Shown here piece by piece: positions 14,191 through 27,250 of a stretch of 64,000 bases of DNA. The notes beneath the pieces were generated by a model. The model did no database searches, was not told where the DNA came from, and saw only the letters and a list, made by a program, of their open reading frames with translations. Numbering within the stretch: position 1 is the stretch's first letter; the number at the start of each line of letters is the position of its first letter. The stretch is taken from assembly GCF_009914755.1 (NCBI RefSeq), contig NC_060925.1; one strand, given 5' to 3'. A program made the position numbers and the translations under genes. Origin of the DNA: the human T2T-CHM13v2.0 reference genome, Homo sapiens.

Positions 14191-15316
14191 AAGTTTTCTT
14201 CTGTCATGCTGAGGAGTCAGTATGCTACAGATAAGACCTGAGAAGAGTGGGCTGGGGGAGGTATGGAGTAGGCAACTTCTAAGATGGTTGAAGTTATAGG
14301 GCATGAGTGAGATTTCTTTTCTCATACCTTCCTGCACCTTGGCTTGTTTGGATCCTGACATTCTACCATTACATTGCTATTCCTTTAATTTTCAAAGGCA
14401 TTTCAGATGTTGAAAGTCTCTTCCTAATGAGTTTCAAATACCTAGAGTAGGAGATGGACACAAGAATATTCTAGCCCCTGACAGCTACCAAAGACCCCTG
14501 GCCCTATGGGGCCAAAGTCCTGGGGGTGGGAAGGGCACTGAATGGGAATGGAAAGGATGTCACAGAGAAATGCAGCCAAGCTCGCAATTCCACTAAAGGC
14601 TGGTGCAGCCTAGCATGCCGGGATACTGGGATGTGTTTCTCAGTGAAACCCATTCTTTAGGGCTGAACCTGCGTGGTGTCAGTGAAGTGGAATTTGATCC
14701 ATGTAGACAGCTGATCTGGACATTTTTGGCCTGGATTATTTGTTTGGCTGTCTCCACTGATCAAATTAACTGGATAATTGCCAAATATCTTCTCAGTTGT
14801 GCTCCCCTAGGCAGCTGGTGTGGCCAGCAGGATGGGGAGGGAACCTCCAAGGACAAGTCAGATTAGAGAATTAGCACATATTTTCGACCTGGTCGACCCA
14901 GGGAACTGTCCATTTAATCAGGGTGAGAATTGAGGGCCTGGGTTCGGGGGAAGTGAGAGCTTCAGCCCTCCTGGCTTTATAGGCAGGAAGATGCCACAGT
15001 GGTCCAGCCTGCAATTTTCCTCAAGAAACCCTCTAGGCCAGCGTGTAAGATGGTGCCAAATCTGTCTAGGAGAGCTGCCCTAATTCTGCTCTCACTCACT
15101 ATGGTGCCTGTGTTGAGGACATAGGATGGTCTTATCTCGAAGCAATTGCAATGTAGGAAGATGAATTTCTAACCTCCAGGGCCAAGAAAAGCTCAAAAAG
15201 ATGCTGTGCAAAAGACAGGGAAAGAGCTCTTCTTTCTCTTACCTCCTTCTCAGGGGTGGTGGGACCCCAGGCTCTTGCTTGTACTAAGACAGTTTGGACC
15301 TTACCTGCTTCTCTGT

Positions 15317-15370
15317 TATTTTATTTTATTTATTTTATTTTATTTTATTTTATTTTATTTTATTTTTTTT
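15317..15370 (+). repeat. (TTTTA)n microsatellite
   Basis: Direct reading. Confidence 0.95.
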
Positions 15371-15724
15371 GCATGTATCTTGTCTCCACAACCAGGATAC
15401 ATCTTTAAGAACATGATTTTTTATGGGTCTCCTCAGCACCTGGTGGAATGTCTGGCACATAATTAGTGCTCAGTAAGCTGGCTGGCCAACTGCTTGATTC
15501 AATAAGATTTGTTGGGCACTTACAGGCTTGTGCACTTCGGGATGTATGAAATAGTCAAGCCTAAACTGAGAGCCCCCAGTTTCATGGGGCAACACATGAC
15601 CACACTGCAGCATGGGAAGAGAGAGAATAGCTTTCAATGGAAGAGGTATGGGGGTATTAAATGGGGTTGGAGGCCAACATGCTCTTACTGAGCCAGAGCC
15701 CTGAGAGGGCCGAGGAAACAAGGG

Positions 15725-15850
15725 AAGTGTTATTAGTCCCATTCAATAGATGAGCAAACTGAGGTTCGAAGAGATGAAATGACTGACTTGCTCAAGGTCT
15801 TGCTGCTAGCGCGAGTTGGAGCCAGGATGTAAACTCAAGTTTGCTGACCC
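15725..15850 (-). mobile_element. MIR fragment
   Basis: AGATGAGCAAACTGAGG...TGACTTGCTCAAGGTC. Confidence 0.75.
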
Positions 15851-16024
15851 TCTTTGTAGAGAGACTCTACTCTAGATGGGCCCTCTTCTAATGCATTTCA
15901 TCTTGGCCTTTGGGGTGGGGGACAGGGCAGTGGCATTGAGTACCAGAATGGGGCAGAGATGTCAAACTCGTGCCCCATGACCTGAAGCAGTCTGCAGATG
16001 GGTTTGTTAGATTCATACAGTGTG

Positions 16025-16735
16025 GTTATTTTTAATTGTAGTAAAATACACATAACATTGATCTCTTTAACTGTTTTTAAGTGCACCGTTCAATAGAGTT
16101 AAGTACATTCACAAGGTTGTGCAGCCAATCTCCAGAACTTTCCTTCTTGCACAACTGCAACTATACCCATTAAACAACAACTCCCCCTTGCTCCTTACCC
16201 CCAGCCCCTGTCAACTGTCCTTCTACCTGCTGGCCCTGTGAATTTGACCACTCTAGGTACCTCCCGTAGAGTAGGAGCCAGAGTATTTGTCTTTTTGTGT
16301 CTGGCTTATTTCACTTACTATGATGTCCTCAAGGCTCATCCTGTTGTTGCATGTCAAAATTTCCTTCCTTTTTAAGGCTGAATAATATTCCACTGTTATG
16401 TAGACACCACATTTTGTTGATCCGTTCATTTGTCAATGGGACTTTTTGGCAGCTTCCATCTTTTGGCTGCTGTGATGAACATGGGTGTGCAAATATCTGC
16501 TCGAGTCCCTGTTTTTAATTCTTTTGGGTGTATACCCAAAAGTGGAATTGCTGAATCATCTGATAACTGTATGTTGAATATTTTGAGAAATTGCCATGCT
16601 GTTTTCCATAGTGGCTGAGCCACTTTACGTTCCCACCAACAGTGCACAAGGATTCTAATTTCTCCACATCTTCTTGTTACTTTCTGGTTGTTGTTGTTTG
16701 GTTTTTGTTTTTAATAGTGGCTATCCTAGTGGTTG
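16025..16735 (-). mobile_element. L1MB-type LINE-1 3' end
   Basis: ORF2 C-terminal remnant HCWWERKVAQPLWKTAWQFLK...AIPLLGIHPKELK (16426-16647) plus L1MB 3'UTR. Confidence 0.9.
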
Positions 16736-17029
16736 GCAAATATTTAAAAATGAAGATATTTTACATAATGATTCAGATCTCTGGCTTTCACTTTACAAAA
16801 TAAGAAACCCTGCCACTTCTGCATAACATAAACCTGCTGGGCCAAGGCAGTGGCCTGCACTGAAATGGGGCACAGGCTTTCCGGTTAGCTGCCGAGCACA
16901 CTGACCTCCTCCACTCCTGACCTCACCTCTCCAGGCATTTGAACTTGTGAGTCTGGGGGAGGGGGACCAGAATGCCCACTCCCTGCTCGCCATCATCCTG
17001 GAGGGTCTTCATGAACATACTCCAGTAGT

Positions 17030-17215
17030 CACAGGACTGGACAGGAGTCAGAAATCTTGAGCTGTCTGTCATTCCACCTCTGTGAGTTTGGGCAAATCAC
17101 TTCACCTCTTCCTTACTGCAAAATGGAGTCCTGCCATCTTTGCTGTGCAGCTCCCAGGAATTCTGTTGTAATGGAGACAGGCAGCGGAAGTGGAAGCTCT
17201 TCATAAACTGTTGAC
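17030..17215 (+). mobile_element. MIR fragment
   Basis: TGTGAGTTTGGGCAAATCACTTCACCTCT...CTGCAAAATGG. Confidence 0.7.
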
Positions 17216-19159
17216 TGAAAATAAAGGATAGGCTGCTTGTTGTGATGAATGAATGGGTGGGACCTGTGCAGGTGGGTGCTGCTGAGAGAGGGGTGTCTGC
17301 CTGCACCACTTGGGCCGCGGCCTCCAGCCCACCTTCTAACAGGGCACCTGAAAATGGTTGTTGACAAGCATAAGCTCAGCTTCTGGGCAAATGCCCCTAA
17401 TGTTTGCCTTCAGATCTATTGAGAAACCACCTATCAGGCAGGAATGCAGGTGCAGGAGGCTCCCTGAGGCCTTTGTCAACAGGCCCTTTGGTCCTGCACA
17501 TAGATAGGCCTGGCCTTACGGGATTGGGCATCTGCGTGTGGCCCATCCTGTCGAGGGGGAGCAGGCTGGGTGTCTGCCCGTCTACCCTAGCTTTTTTCTG
17601 TGTGAGTTCAGCAGCAATTGCCCTCTAACCATTTCTGTTGAACTCCCTCTCTTGGGAACTTCGCTTTGTCATTTAAAATAGTTTGGGAACTTCAGATTTA
17701 GCCCAGTGTCAGAGCAGTTTATTTGGTCTGTAGGCATTTTTGTTTTTAAAATTCATGACAAGTTCCGTGCAACATGTTTTATTATATTTTCACCACCTGT
17801 TCTACCTTGGGGGTGGTATTAAAATCTGGGACCATCCATCTATCGCTCTTTTTTTTTAAGTTTCCTTATTTGCCATTTATATGTGTCTTGCAAACACACA
17901 CATGCACACACAATGTGAATTTAAATATAGAAGGATAGATATACAAATACATACATATTTAATATATATAAATAAATATCTGTATTCCCCTCTCTCCTCT
18001 TGTTGCTTGATTGGCTTTAAACTGTGGTTGTAATGTTGAAGGTGTATGTTTGACAAGCTAATTGTGGAGTTTTAAATGATAAATTTGTAAAACAAATAAA
18101 TACTTAGAAAATCCTTTGCCAGTGTGAAGTGCTATCTCTGTGAACATTAATAGCGAAAAAATTATCACAATATCTAATCCTCTAACGAAAAAGCATTTGA
18201 AAACTTTACAGCTTCTTTCAGCTTCCACTGAGGTCAAAAAGGAGGGGTAGCATGCCCATTTTTACAGATGGAAAAATCAAGTCTTTACACAGATATTTAA
18301 GAAGGGTAGCTGGAGGGCCAGTGTTGGAATTGGGGGCCCATCCTTAAATCCTGACATCCATACAACTATCTGTTCATTTCTCTATGTTAATTAGGACAAG
18401 GGACCAGGACATATTTAGAGCACTACGTGCTATTTCCTTTCTCTAAAAATCCAAGTACGGCACGATGCATTTGGGTTTAATGATGTTCTTATTTCAGCCC
18501 TTGGATCCAGCTGTTCCTGAAGCCTACATTTTTCAGTTATGTATGTCAATAAACTACTTTTGGGTTTCTTTTACATGAAATAAAAAATAAAAAATCAGAA
18601 CAAAACAACAAAAAAAGAAAACCCATCCATAAATAACCTATGCTGCCAGAATTAAGGTTTACAACATATTATGTATTTGACAATTTAAAAAAATGGGAGG
18701 GGGCATATTATCATCTCCATTTCTTAACAGATATAAAACCAGATATCCATACAGAATATCCTATTGCTTATAAAAGCAGGCCAACAAGTATTTAGGGCTC
18801 AAAAGCAAGCTTCTCTTAGAAGAAATAAAAAAGTAGCCTATTGCACCTTCCCATAATATCATTGGAAAATATGTATCTGGATCTTTAACACGATGCCCTA
18901 TCACATCCTCTTTGCTGATAATTTCAAGAAGGATCTGTTTGTGGCATTTAGACAGTGAATTTCCCTTTATCGCCACCGAAACCAGAAGCTTCCCAAGGGC
19001 AGTGAGGGAGACCTCTGTATCCTTTGAAGGCTCCTGCTTTTCTTGTTTCATAGAGAGGTAATCTGTAGTATTCCTGACTGGTAATATAGGGAATAAGAGT
19101 GGCATGTATAAGTAGAATTTGCAGAATAACATCCTGGAGCAAACATAAAGCCAGGATCT

Positions 19160-19300
19160 TGTAATGGTTAAGAGCATGGGCCTTGGTGTCATGTGAACCT
19201 AACTGAAGCAAGTTATTTGACCACCTCATGTATCAATTTCTCTATTTATAAATGCTAATACTATGGTTGATAGTAAATGCTCAATAAATGATAGTTATCC
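19160..19300 (+). mobile_element. MIR fragment
   Basis: TGTAATGGTTAAGAGCATGGGC...AGTAAATGCTCAATAAATG. Confidence 0.65.
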
Positions 19301-19559
19301 TATTATTTCACAAAAGTTCAATCAAATAAATCTGGATCAGTGAGATTCACAGTGTTCATTAGTATATTTAAAGAATTGAAGACGTCCTCCACTAAAGCAA
19401 ACTGATAACTTTTATTTATCCCAGTGTTTTCAAATCTCACTTAACATACAATACTTTTCTCTTAGGCTATTTTTCTGCAGAACTAAGGTCCAATGGAACA
19501 CACTTTGAGAAACCCCAGGGGTTGTACCCTGTAGTAATTGAGGGGGATTCATTAGGCCA

Positions 19560-19573
19560 CCACTAGGGGGTGC
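19560..19573 (+). promoter_or_regulatory. Possible CTCF site
   Basis: CCACTAGGGGGTGC, one mismatch to CCASYAGRKGGCRS; motif only. Confidence 0.3.
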
Positions 19574-20058
19574 GCCAGCCAAGTTTTCTGATTCTCGGTG
19601 AGAAAAGAGGGTTTGCTCTGGGCTTCCAAAGAATAGAGGTTTTGAAAGCTTCAGTGGAGAGGGAGGGCATGCCAGGAGAGACCAAAATTCCAAAATGGCA
19701 ATGACTTTGAGAAGCAAGGGAAGAAAAGAGACGTGATCACACCACGTGGAAAGGTGGTAGAAGTTTTCCTGCCCTTTCTGTTGAGATGTACAAATGGCTG
19801 ACCTTCGGATAATGAATCACTAGAGATCCCAGAATGGCTGGAATGAGAAATGTGGCCTGAAGACCAGGTCAGGACTAGGCTGGGGACAGAAAGGGAAGGG
19901 CCTGCAACACACCTCCAGAGGCCTCTGGGAGGGGGGCCTTGGCCCTGGACCTCCAGGAACGTGTGTGATGGGGAGGGAAAATTTAAAAGGCGAACAGTTT
20001 CCAGGATTTTTGGTTTCTACGTCTCATATATTTACTACTACAACGACAACAACTATTA

Positions 20059-20436
20059 CTACACACACACATATACACACATACATACACACACATACAT
20101 ACACATACACACACATACACATACATACACACGTACACACATACACACACATACACATATACACACATCTACGCATATATAAACACATATACTTATATAT
20201 ACACATACACATATATACACACATATACACATATATACACGCATACACACATACACATACACACATGTACATACACATATACACATATACATACATACAT
20301 ATTCACATACATACACATACACACATATATACACACATACACACATATACACATACATATATACACACATACATACACACATACACACATAGGCATATAC
20401 ACATATATACACACATACACACATATACACACATAT
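20059..20436 (+). repeat. ~380-bp (CA/TA)n alternating purine-pyrimidine repeat
   Basis: CACATATACACACATACA-type units. Confidence 0.97.
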
Positions 20437-20689
20437 TTAATAAATACATATTTTCTGATAAGGTTTTCTCTTAACCTCGTGCAAAGTGTGTATATCTGTT
20501 GTAAGTGAATTAAGGTGGTAGATTTTGAGGTGAATGCTGAATGCCAGATAATAAAAGTGTTCATAATAGAAAATTTGGGGGAAAACACAGAAAAGCAAAA
20601 AGAAATCACTTGCCATCGGATCCCCCACCCCCAAGAACATGTTGAGGGATGTAGGAGATTGTATAAGTAATTGGGCATTTGAGGGAGCA

Positions 20690-21160
20690 CATATTGGTTA
20701 GGATTCTTTTGGTTATAAGTGACAGAAATCCAATTCAAAAGACCTAGGTAAAATGGTGGCTTGATTATAAGGATCTGGGGTTGTCTGTCTCATGCACCCC
20801 AAGGGCAGAAATGTGGCCAGGGCTCAGAAACAGCAAGACAGGGGGACCTATGTTTTGTCAGGACACTCCTTCTCTAACTGTTTCTTCCTTTCTGCATTTG
20901 CCTCCTCCCCGCTCTACTTTTATGGATTGGCTGCTGGGGGGTCTCTGGCCCAGAGGGCCAGACACATGGGCCCACAGCTGCAACTACTAGGCATGCTGTC
21001 CTATCGTTTCTGCTGCTGGAAAGAGAAAGACTCCCTCAGTTCCAATTCCAGAATTACTGGGGAAGGAGAGAATTGTCCTGGCTTGGGTCAGATGTCCACC
21101 CTGGACCAATCAGCTGTGGCCAGGGGCCAGCCATATTGTGTATAATGGCTCTTCTCGTGA
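20690..21160 (-). mobile_element. Old MaLR LTR (MLT1K-like)
   Basis: TTAGGATTCTTTTGGTTATAAGTGACAGAAATCCAATTCAAA and CCCTGGACCAATCAGCTGTGGCCAGGGG motifs. Confidence 0.65.
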
Positions 21161-21161
21161 C

Positions 21162-21164
<3 letters not shown>

Positions 21165-21211
<47 letters not shown>
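21165..21211 (+). repeat. (TG)n microsatellite
   Basis: About 23 TG units. Confidence 0.97.
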
Positions 21212-21214
<3 letters not shown>

Positions 21215-23339
21215 GTTTCCAGAAAAGCTGGAAACAAGGACAGAGAAAGTAGATACTGGCAGACAAAACAATATCTAGTACTGTATATGTTTTCCATATT
21301 TGTATAACTGAGATTAAACTGTATGTAAATGAATCTTGTTTTTAACTAAATGTTATGTCATTAGCATTTCCCTAGTCCCTAAAATCTTTGTAAATTGCAT
21401 TTTGAATTATTGCATTGTATTCAATAATTTGGATTTACTTAGCAAATTCCCAGTTGTTAGATATTTAGGTTGTTTCTATTTTTTTTAAAATTGCATACTT
21501 AATGATGTTGAGGTGTTAAAAAATTTCAGCTATCATGAGTAATGCGATGGTAGAAGACAGTTTTCCTCATTTCATGCAAGAATTAGGTACATTATTGAGA
21601 ATTAAAAAAAAAAAAGATATGGTCCCACAGTTCCTCATCCTATTTCAAAATTGATGCAAACCGTTCCTCCGATTTTGCCTCCTGCTCTGCTTCTCTCTCC
21701 CTTTCTATCCTTCTCTAACTGGAAATGGCAGTAGGAGTTGATGGTTGTGCAGTGCAGAGAGTGGGCAGACAGACAATTAGGGGGTCCCCTGGGGCTCCAG
21801 GTTTGCCTTGTCTCTGCCTATTTTCTTTCTGGAAATAGATCTAGGTAGAGTGAACCATACAAGTAAACCCTGCTACTTTGTAACAATCAACACCCCCAAA
21901 GTTAGGCATCTCAGGAATGAGGCTCTCTTCAGATGAAGCTGGAGGAAGTAGTGCGAGATAATACAGGACTGGAGACAATCAGGGAGAAGAAGAATGAGGT
22001 GGAGGGCTTGTGGTCGGGGGGACCTCAGCAAAGGTTGGCTTCTCAATCTGTGTAACATTCCTGACCACCTTGCACTGGGGACCAAGTAAGAGTCGCCAAA
22101 CCACTAATCTGCCACATTCTCCTCTGGGAAGGTAAGTCTGGGAAGGCCCGTCTTGGGATGTTGGTGGTTTGCAACATCCTGTGACTTTTCCCAAGTTGGA
22201 GTTAAACATTTGCTCAGGCTGAAATGTGCTTTAAAGGCTCTGAGACTTCCTGAACGTGGGGGTCATTGGATGTTTTCTAGTGGAGAGCAAATTCCTGAAT
22301 GCGATAACCTTTTCTCCTTAGCTGCAGGGAGTTTAGACTTTTTGAAGGAAGTTCCGTTGAAATTCACAAGAGAGGGAAGGAAAGTAAAAATCATGACCTA
22401 CTCTGTGCTGCATGCTTCCCATCGATTTGATCTTTCTGAGGTCTGAACTGGGAGTACCCTAAACAGTTCTCTCTGTGTCAGATTCACTGGTCATTTAGAG
22501 CTGCTCTATTGTTTCAGGTGATCTGTGTTTTGAGGAGAAGGTGCAGAATGTCCTTTGTCATTGTTTTTCTGCATTTTCTAACACTTTCTATTTGTGGAAT
22601 ACTATGGTTTTTATTAGATATTCCAGTTCCTTCTGTCCTGGAGTGGCTCCAACTGATGTTTTATCATCCTTATTTGTTTTGAATAATAATAAGTGAATAA
22701 TAATACTAAATGCCATGACTCCAGGAGGTGGAACATTTCTCAAGCTGGAGCTGTATTTAATTTTGTTTTGGAAACTGCTAAAATCATTCAATACGACAAG
22801 GCTAAGAGGTGCTACATGTCTGATTGGGGGTGGGAAAATAGGAAATAAAAATATTCCTGCTCAGTTTGGGAGGAAGAGAACTGGCAGCTGAATATGTTTC
22901 TTACCTTCATGGGGAAGCCCTACCTCTGAGCTTGACAGCATCTTGACAAACCTTGAATAAATAGGAAAATCCTACACATTGGGACTTTAGTCCTAAAACT
23001 TGGCATTTGGGGATAACAATTTATACTTTGACACGATATAGGGAAGAAGGATTTGGCAAGTAAAGAATAATGCAAATAGCAGGAGCAAGGTTTAAGCCCC
23101 TTGAGGGACCTATTTCCCCAGCTCCTGTTAGGGCAGCTCTGAGGGCCCTCCACCCAGCAACCTTGCTTAATGGAGGCATTGCCATCTGAGGAACTGAGGT
23201 ACGCTGTTGTAAGCTGATAATTGCAGTACCTACCAGACAACCACAACTGTGACTTTCTCCTAATTTAACTCTCCCTCTAAGTGTGAAACTGTAGTTAGTA
23301 AAATAAAAATAGAGTTCTAGAATAACTGGCTTTGTTCAA

Positions 23340-23500
23340 GGAATTATGCCATGTGACTTTGCCTTTTTGTTCTGTTTCCCCATCTGTAAAGAGGGGATGA
23401 TAATGGGTCCTCCTTATGGGACTGGTGGGAGGATTAATTCAACTCATTGGTTAGAAAAATGCCTGGCATGAAGTGAGTGATCAATAAATACATTTAGTTA
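23340..23500 (+). mobile_element. MIR fragment
   Basis: TGTTTCCCCATCTGTAAA...GAGGATTAA...GCCTGGCA. Confidence 0.7.
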
Positions 23501-24267
23501 TTTGTTTTGGGATGGTCATGTACATAGCCTTTGCTTGCTAAATTGCATTCGTGTTTTTCTCGTCTTGATATAAGCTTGTGCTCCCTGAGCAGAGGGCAGG
23601 GAAAGTGGGGAGAGAAAGTTTGGAAATGTGTTGAAAAGGAAAGAGGAAACTGATGTTTACTGAACCCAAACTATGTAGCAGGTACTGCCCCACCATTATT
23701 TTATTTAATAAATAAATGATGGATACACATATCCATATTTTATATATCCATATTTATTCATTTGTGAAATGAATGCGTGAGAATAAAGGCCAGAATATTT
23801 TGTTTCCTTTAGAGCTGAGAAGAAGTGAAGAATCCTGCCAAGCAAGAGCAGTATGTGCATAAGAGAACGAGGCCCTAGCCCAACATGCCCTTCCTCCGAC
23901 ATCCATCCAAGGCACACCTCACAGGTCACCTGCCATGTTCATTCTGGAGAAAACACAGCTTGGTGAGTGATTTATGCTGGGATCTGACAGAGATCCTAGG
24001 CCAGGCTACCCTAGACAGGGTGGCTCATCAAGAGAAGGCTGAGGGGGAGAGAGTTCCCTGCTAGGGTCCTAGGGGAGAAGTGTGGCAGTGGCCAACCCCC
24101 AGGTTCTCGGCAAGGGTTGGGTGGTTGTTTTCAGATGGTCCTATTGTTGTCTAACTTCAGGCAAGACCCTTGACCTTTCTGAGCCCTGCTTTCATTCTCT
24201 GTGAAATGGGAATGAGAACACCTACCTTACAGGACTGTTAAAGGCCTGGTACGTGTGGATCTTCAAT

Positions 24268-24721
24268 TGTTATAGATTGAATTCTGTCTCTCCCAAATTC
24301 ATATGATGAAGTCCTAATCCCCGGTACCTTTAATGTGACCTTATTTGGAAATAGAGTCATTACAGATATAATTAGTTAAGATGAGGTCACATTGGAGGGT
24401 AGGCCCCTAATCCAATGTGATCCATATCCTTATAAAAATGGGAAAATTGGAGACAGATACACAGGGAGGGTGCCATGTGAAGATGAAAGCAGAGATTGAA
24501 GTGATGTGACTACAAGCCAAGGAATGCCAAAGATCGCCAGCAAACCAGAAGCTCGGGGAGAGGCCTGGAACAGATTCCGCCTTAGCCCCAAGAAGGAACT
24601 CATGCTGCTGACACCATGATCATGGACTTCCAGCCTCCAGAACTGTGAGATAATAAGTATCTGTTGTTTGAACCTCCCAGTTTGTGGTACTTTGTTATGG
24701 CAGCTCTAGCAAACGCATACA
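24268..24721 (+). mobile_element. MLT1C MaLR solo LTR
   Basis: GTGACCTTATTTGGAAATAG, AAGCCAAGGAATGCCAAAGA, GGACTTCCAGCCTCCAGAACTGTGAGA; TG...CA ends. Confidence 0.9.
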
Positions 24722-24834
24722 CCATTGTCATCTTTGATAACCCTGTGACTCCTCCTCTCCCTCTCTTCCTGGTGCCTTCCTCCAAGGGTATCCTGCAGGC
24801 AACTGGAGCAGCTGCTTGGAGGGATGCACAAAAG

Positions 24835-25584
24835 AAATGCCAAAACCACAGTGAGGTCCCGTCTCACACCAGTTACAATATCTATTATTACAAAGTCAAA
24901 AAATAACCATTCTGGTGAGGTTGTGGAGAAAAAGGAATGCTTTCACACTCTTGGTGGGAGTGTAGATTAGTTCAGTCATTGTGGAAGATAGTGTGGCAAT
25001 TCCTCAAAGACCTAAAGACAGAAATACCATTCGATCCAGTGATCCCATGACTGAGCATACACCCAAGGAATATAAATCATTCTGTTATAAAGATACATGC
25101 ATGTGTATGTTTATTGCAACACTATTCTCAATAGCCAATACATGGAATCAACCTAAATGTCCATCAGTGGTAGACTGGATAAAGAAAATGTGGTATATAT
25201 ACACTATGAAATACTATGCAGCCGCAAAAAGGAACAAGATCATGTCCTTTGCAGCAGCCTGGATGGAGCTGGAGGCCATTATCCTCAGCAAACTGACGCA
25301 GGAGCAGAAAACCAAACGCTGTATGTTCTCACTTATAAGTGGGAGCTAAATGATGCGAACACATGGACACAGCGAGGAGAACAACACAACAATAGGGCCT
25401 ACTGGAGAATGGAGGGCGGGAGGAGGGAGAGGATCAGGAAAAATAACTAATGGATACTAGGCTTAATACCTGGGCGATGAAATAATCTGTATAACAAACC
25501 CCCATGATATACATGTTTACCTGTGTAACAAACCTGCACATCCTGCACATGTACCCCTGAACTTAAAATAAAAGTTAAAAAAAA
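24835..25584 (+). mobile_element. L1PA15/16-like 5'-truncated LINE-1 3' end
   Basis: ORF2 C-terminus (...TWNQPKCPSVVDWIKKMWYIYTMKYYAA...ILSKLTQEQKTK), 3'UTR, A tail; flanking AAAAGAAAT duplication. Confidence 0.92.
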
Positions 25585-25800
25585 GAAATTTGCTAAAATA
25601 GTAAATATTAAGTGCCCTCACCAGACACACAGACACACAGACACACGCACGGTAACTATGTGCGGTGATAGGTGTATTGATTAATTTGTGATAATAATTA
25701 TACAATGTGTATATTTATCAAATTATTACATTGTATACCTTGAAAATATATAATTTGTATTTGTCAATCATTCCTTAATGTAGCTGGAAAAGAAAAACAA
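25585..25800 (+). mobile_element. Older L1M 3' UTR fragment
   Basis: GGTAACTATGTG..GTGATAG...ACATTGTATACCTTGAAAATATATAATTT..ATTTGTCAAT. Confidence 0.75.
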
Positions 25801-26539
25801 AAGGAAATGTGCTGCGGGGTGAAAGGACTGGGTGCTGAGACCAGAGCAGTGATGGTTCTTCTTCCTCGTCTCAGTATTTCCGCCATCCGCAGCTCACCCT
25901 GGGCAGAGCGTCTGTCCACCTCTCTCCCTCTCATGTCTCAGGGCTCCTGTTCTAGTCCCCTTCTGCCCACATGTTCTCTTCATGCCCATCTGTGCCGTGG
26001 GGTCTTAGGGAACACCATTTCCAGCCCCAGCAAGGCGCCTGGATCCACCAAACAAGGATGCCTGGCTTGGCGGAGGGATCACAGGAAATTGTCATGACAA
26101 CTCGTAGGGCTTGGGAAGTGCTTCTGCAAACTGCTTTCTTAACGATTGGCGCTCGGAACAGTCACAACTGGGCAGAGAGATACCTGGAACAGGCTGGGTT
26201 CTTGTGGGACTGGGAAGAGGGTGTGTGGCCAAGCGACGAATAACTTTAAAGAGTGACGAGCAGGAAGCAAGATAGTGGGATTCTGATTTATTTAAAATTG
26301 TGTGTGGAGGAGTGGGAGAGCAAACACCGCATCTCCTGGTGAGGCTTGGGACGAGTCCTGGAGCACAGTATTTTTCTTTCCTCCTCGCTCCTTCTTTTCT
26401 TTGCTCCCTGTCCTCTGTGCATTGCTTTCCTCTCCTCCTTAGCCGGGTGCTTATGGGGCCAACCTTATGTTGCACCTGCCGAGTCCCCCCATTAATCTGA
26501 TCTAGTTCCCAACATGTGATTTAGGGGTGTTGCGTGCCC

Positions 26540-27250
26540 TGAATGAGAGGAGGGGGGCAGGAGAGGAGAGAGAGAGAGGCAGCGGTGGGGAGAAACCCCG
26601 TTTGATCTGCTGAAATGCACCTTAAGAGCAAACCCATCCACTTTACTGAAGGTATCAGCTGGGTCCTGCCTACAGTTATGTCAAACAAAGTGTGCTGCGA
26701 AGTGCCAACTCTCCCTTTGTGCTGTGACACCGAGAGCTGCCAAAAGATATTAAAAAGCTTGCATGAACTAGGTGATGGCAGCTGTAACTATCTAAGTTAT
26801 TGCCTGGCAGCTGCAGCACTGCCTCGCTGCTGCTGGCCGCCTTTATAGTTGGTTCTCCATTTGTTTGCCCTTTCTCTAGCAACCGATAGCACCAAGCCTG
26901 CAGTGGGCGAGTCGCCGCCCCAGCCCCCTCGCGCCTGCAGGAGGGGAGACTTGCAGCGAGCTGAGCTGCATGGAGAGACACCCTCGTGCAGCTTCTGTGA
27001 GAAGTTGTGTTTTTCTTGGCTGGGCCCCAGACTGGTTTTGCATCAGTCAGCTCGACTCCAAGGAACCTTGGACGAGGGGATGGCACAGAGGCGAGTGTGC
27101 ACACCCAGGCGCACACACCAAATGGCGATTTTTTTGTGTTTGTGTGTGTGGCTTTTTTCCCTTCCGTGTTGGCTCTGATTGAGCTAGAACAATATCGCCA
27201 GCTCCAAGCCCTGCCAGTCCTACATCTGCTCCCTAAAACCTCCAGCAAAT
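26540..27250 (+). promoter_or_regulatory. Candidate promoter / alternative first exon
   Basis: Repeat-free; GA-rich block; three CAGCTG E-boxes (26656, 26779, 26808); CCTTTATAGT at 26840; local CpG retention; ATG 26970 followed by possible donor TCT|GTGAGA at 26996/26997. Confidence 0.4.

Noticed and set aside
19850-20738. His/Thr-rich and Cys/Val-rich ORFs
   Set aside because: Translations of the (CA/TA)n repeat
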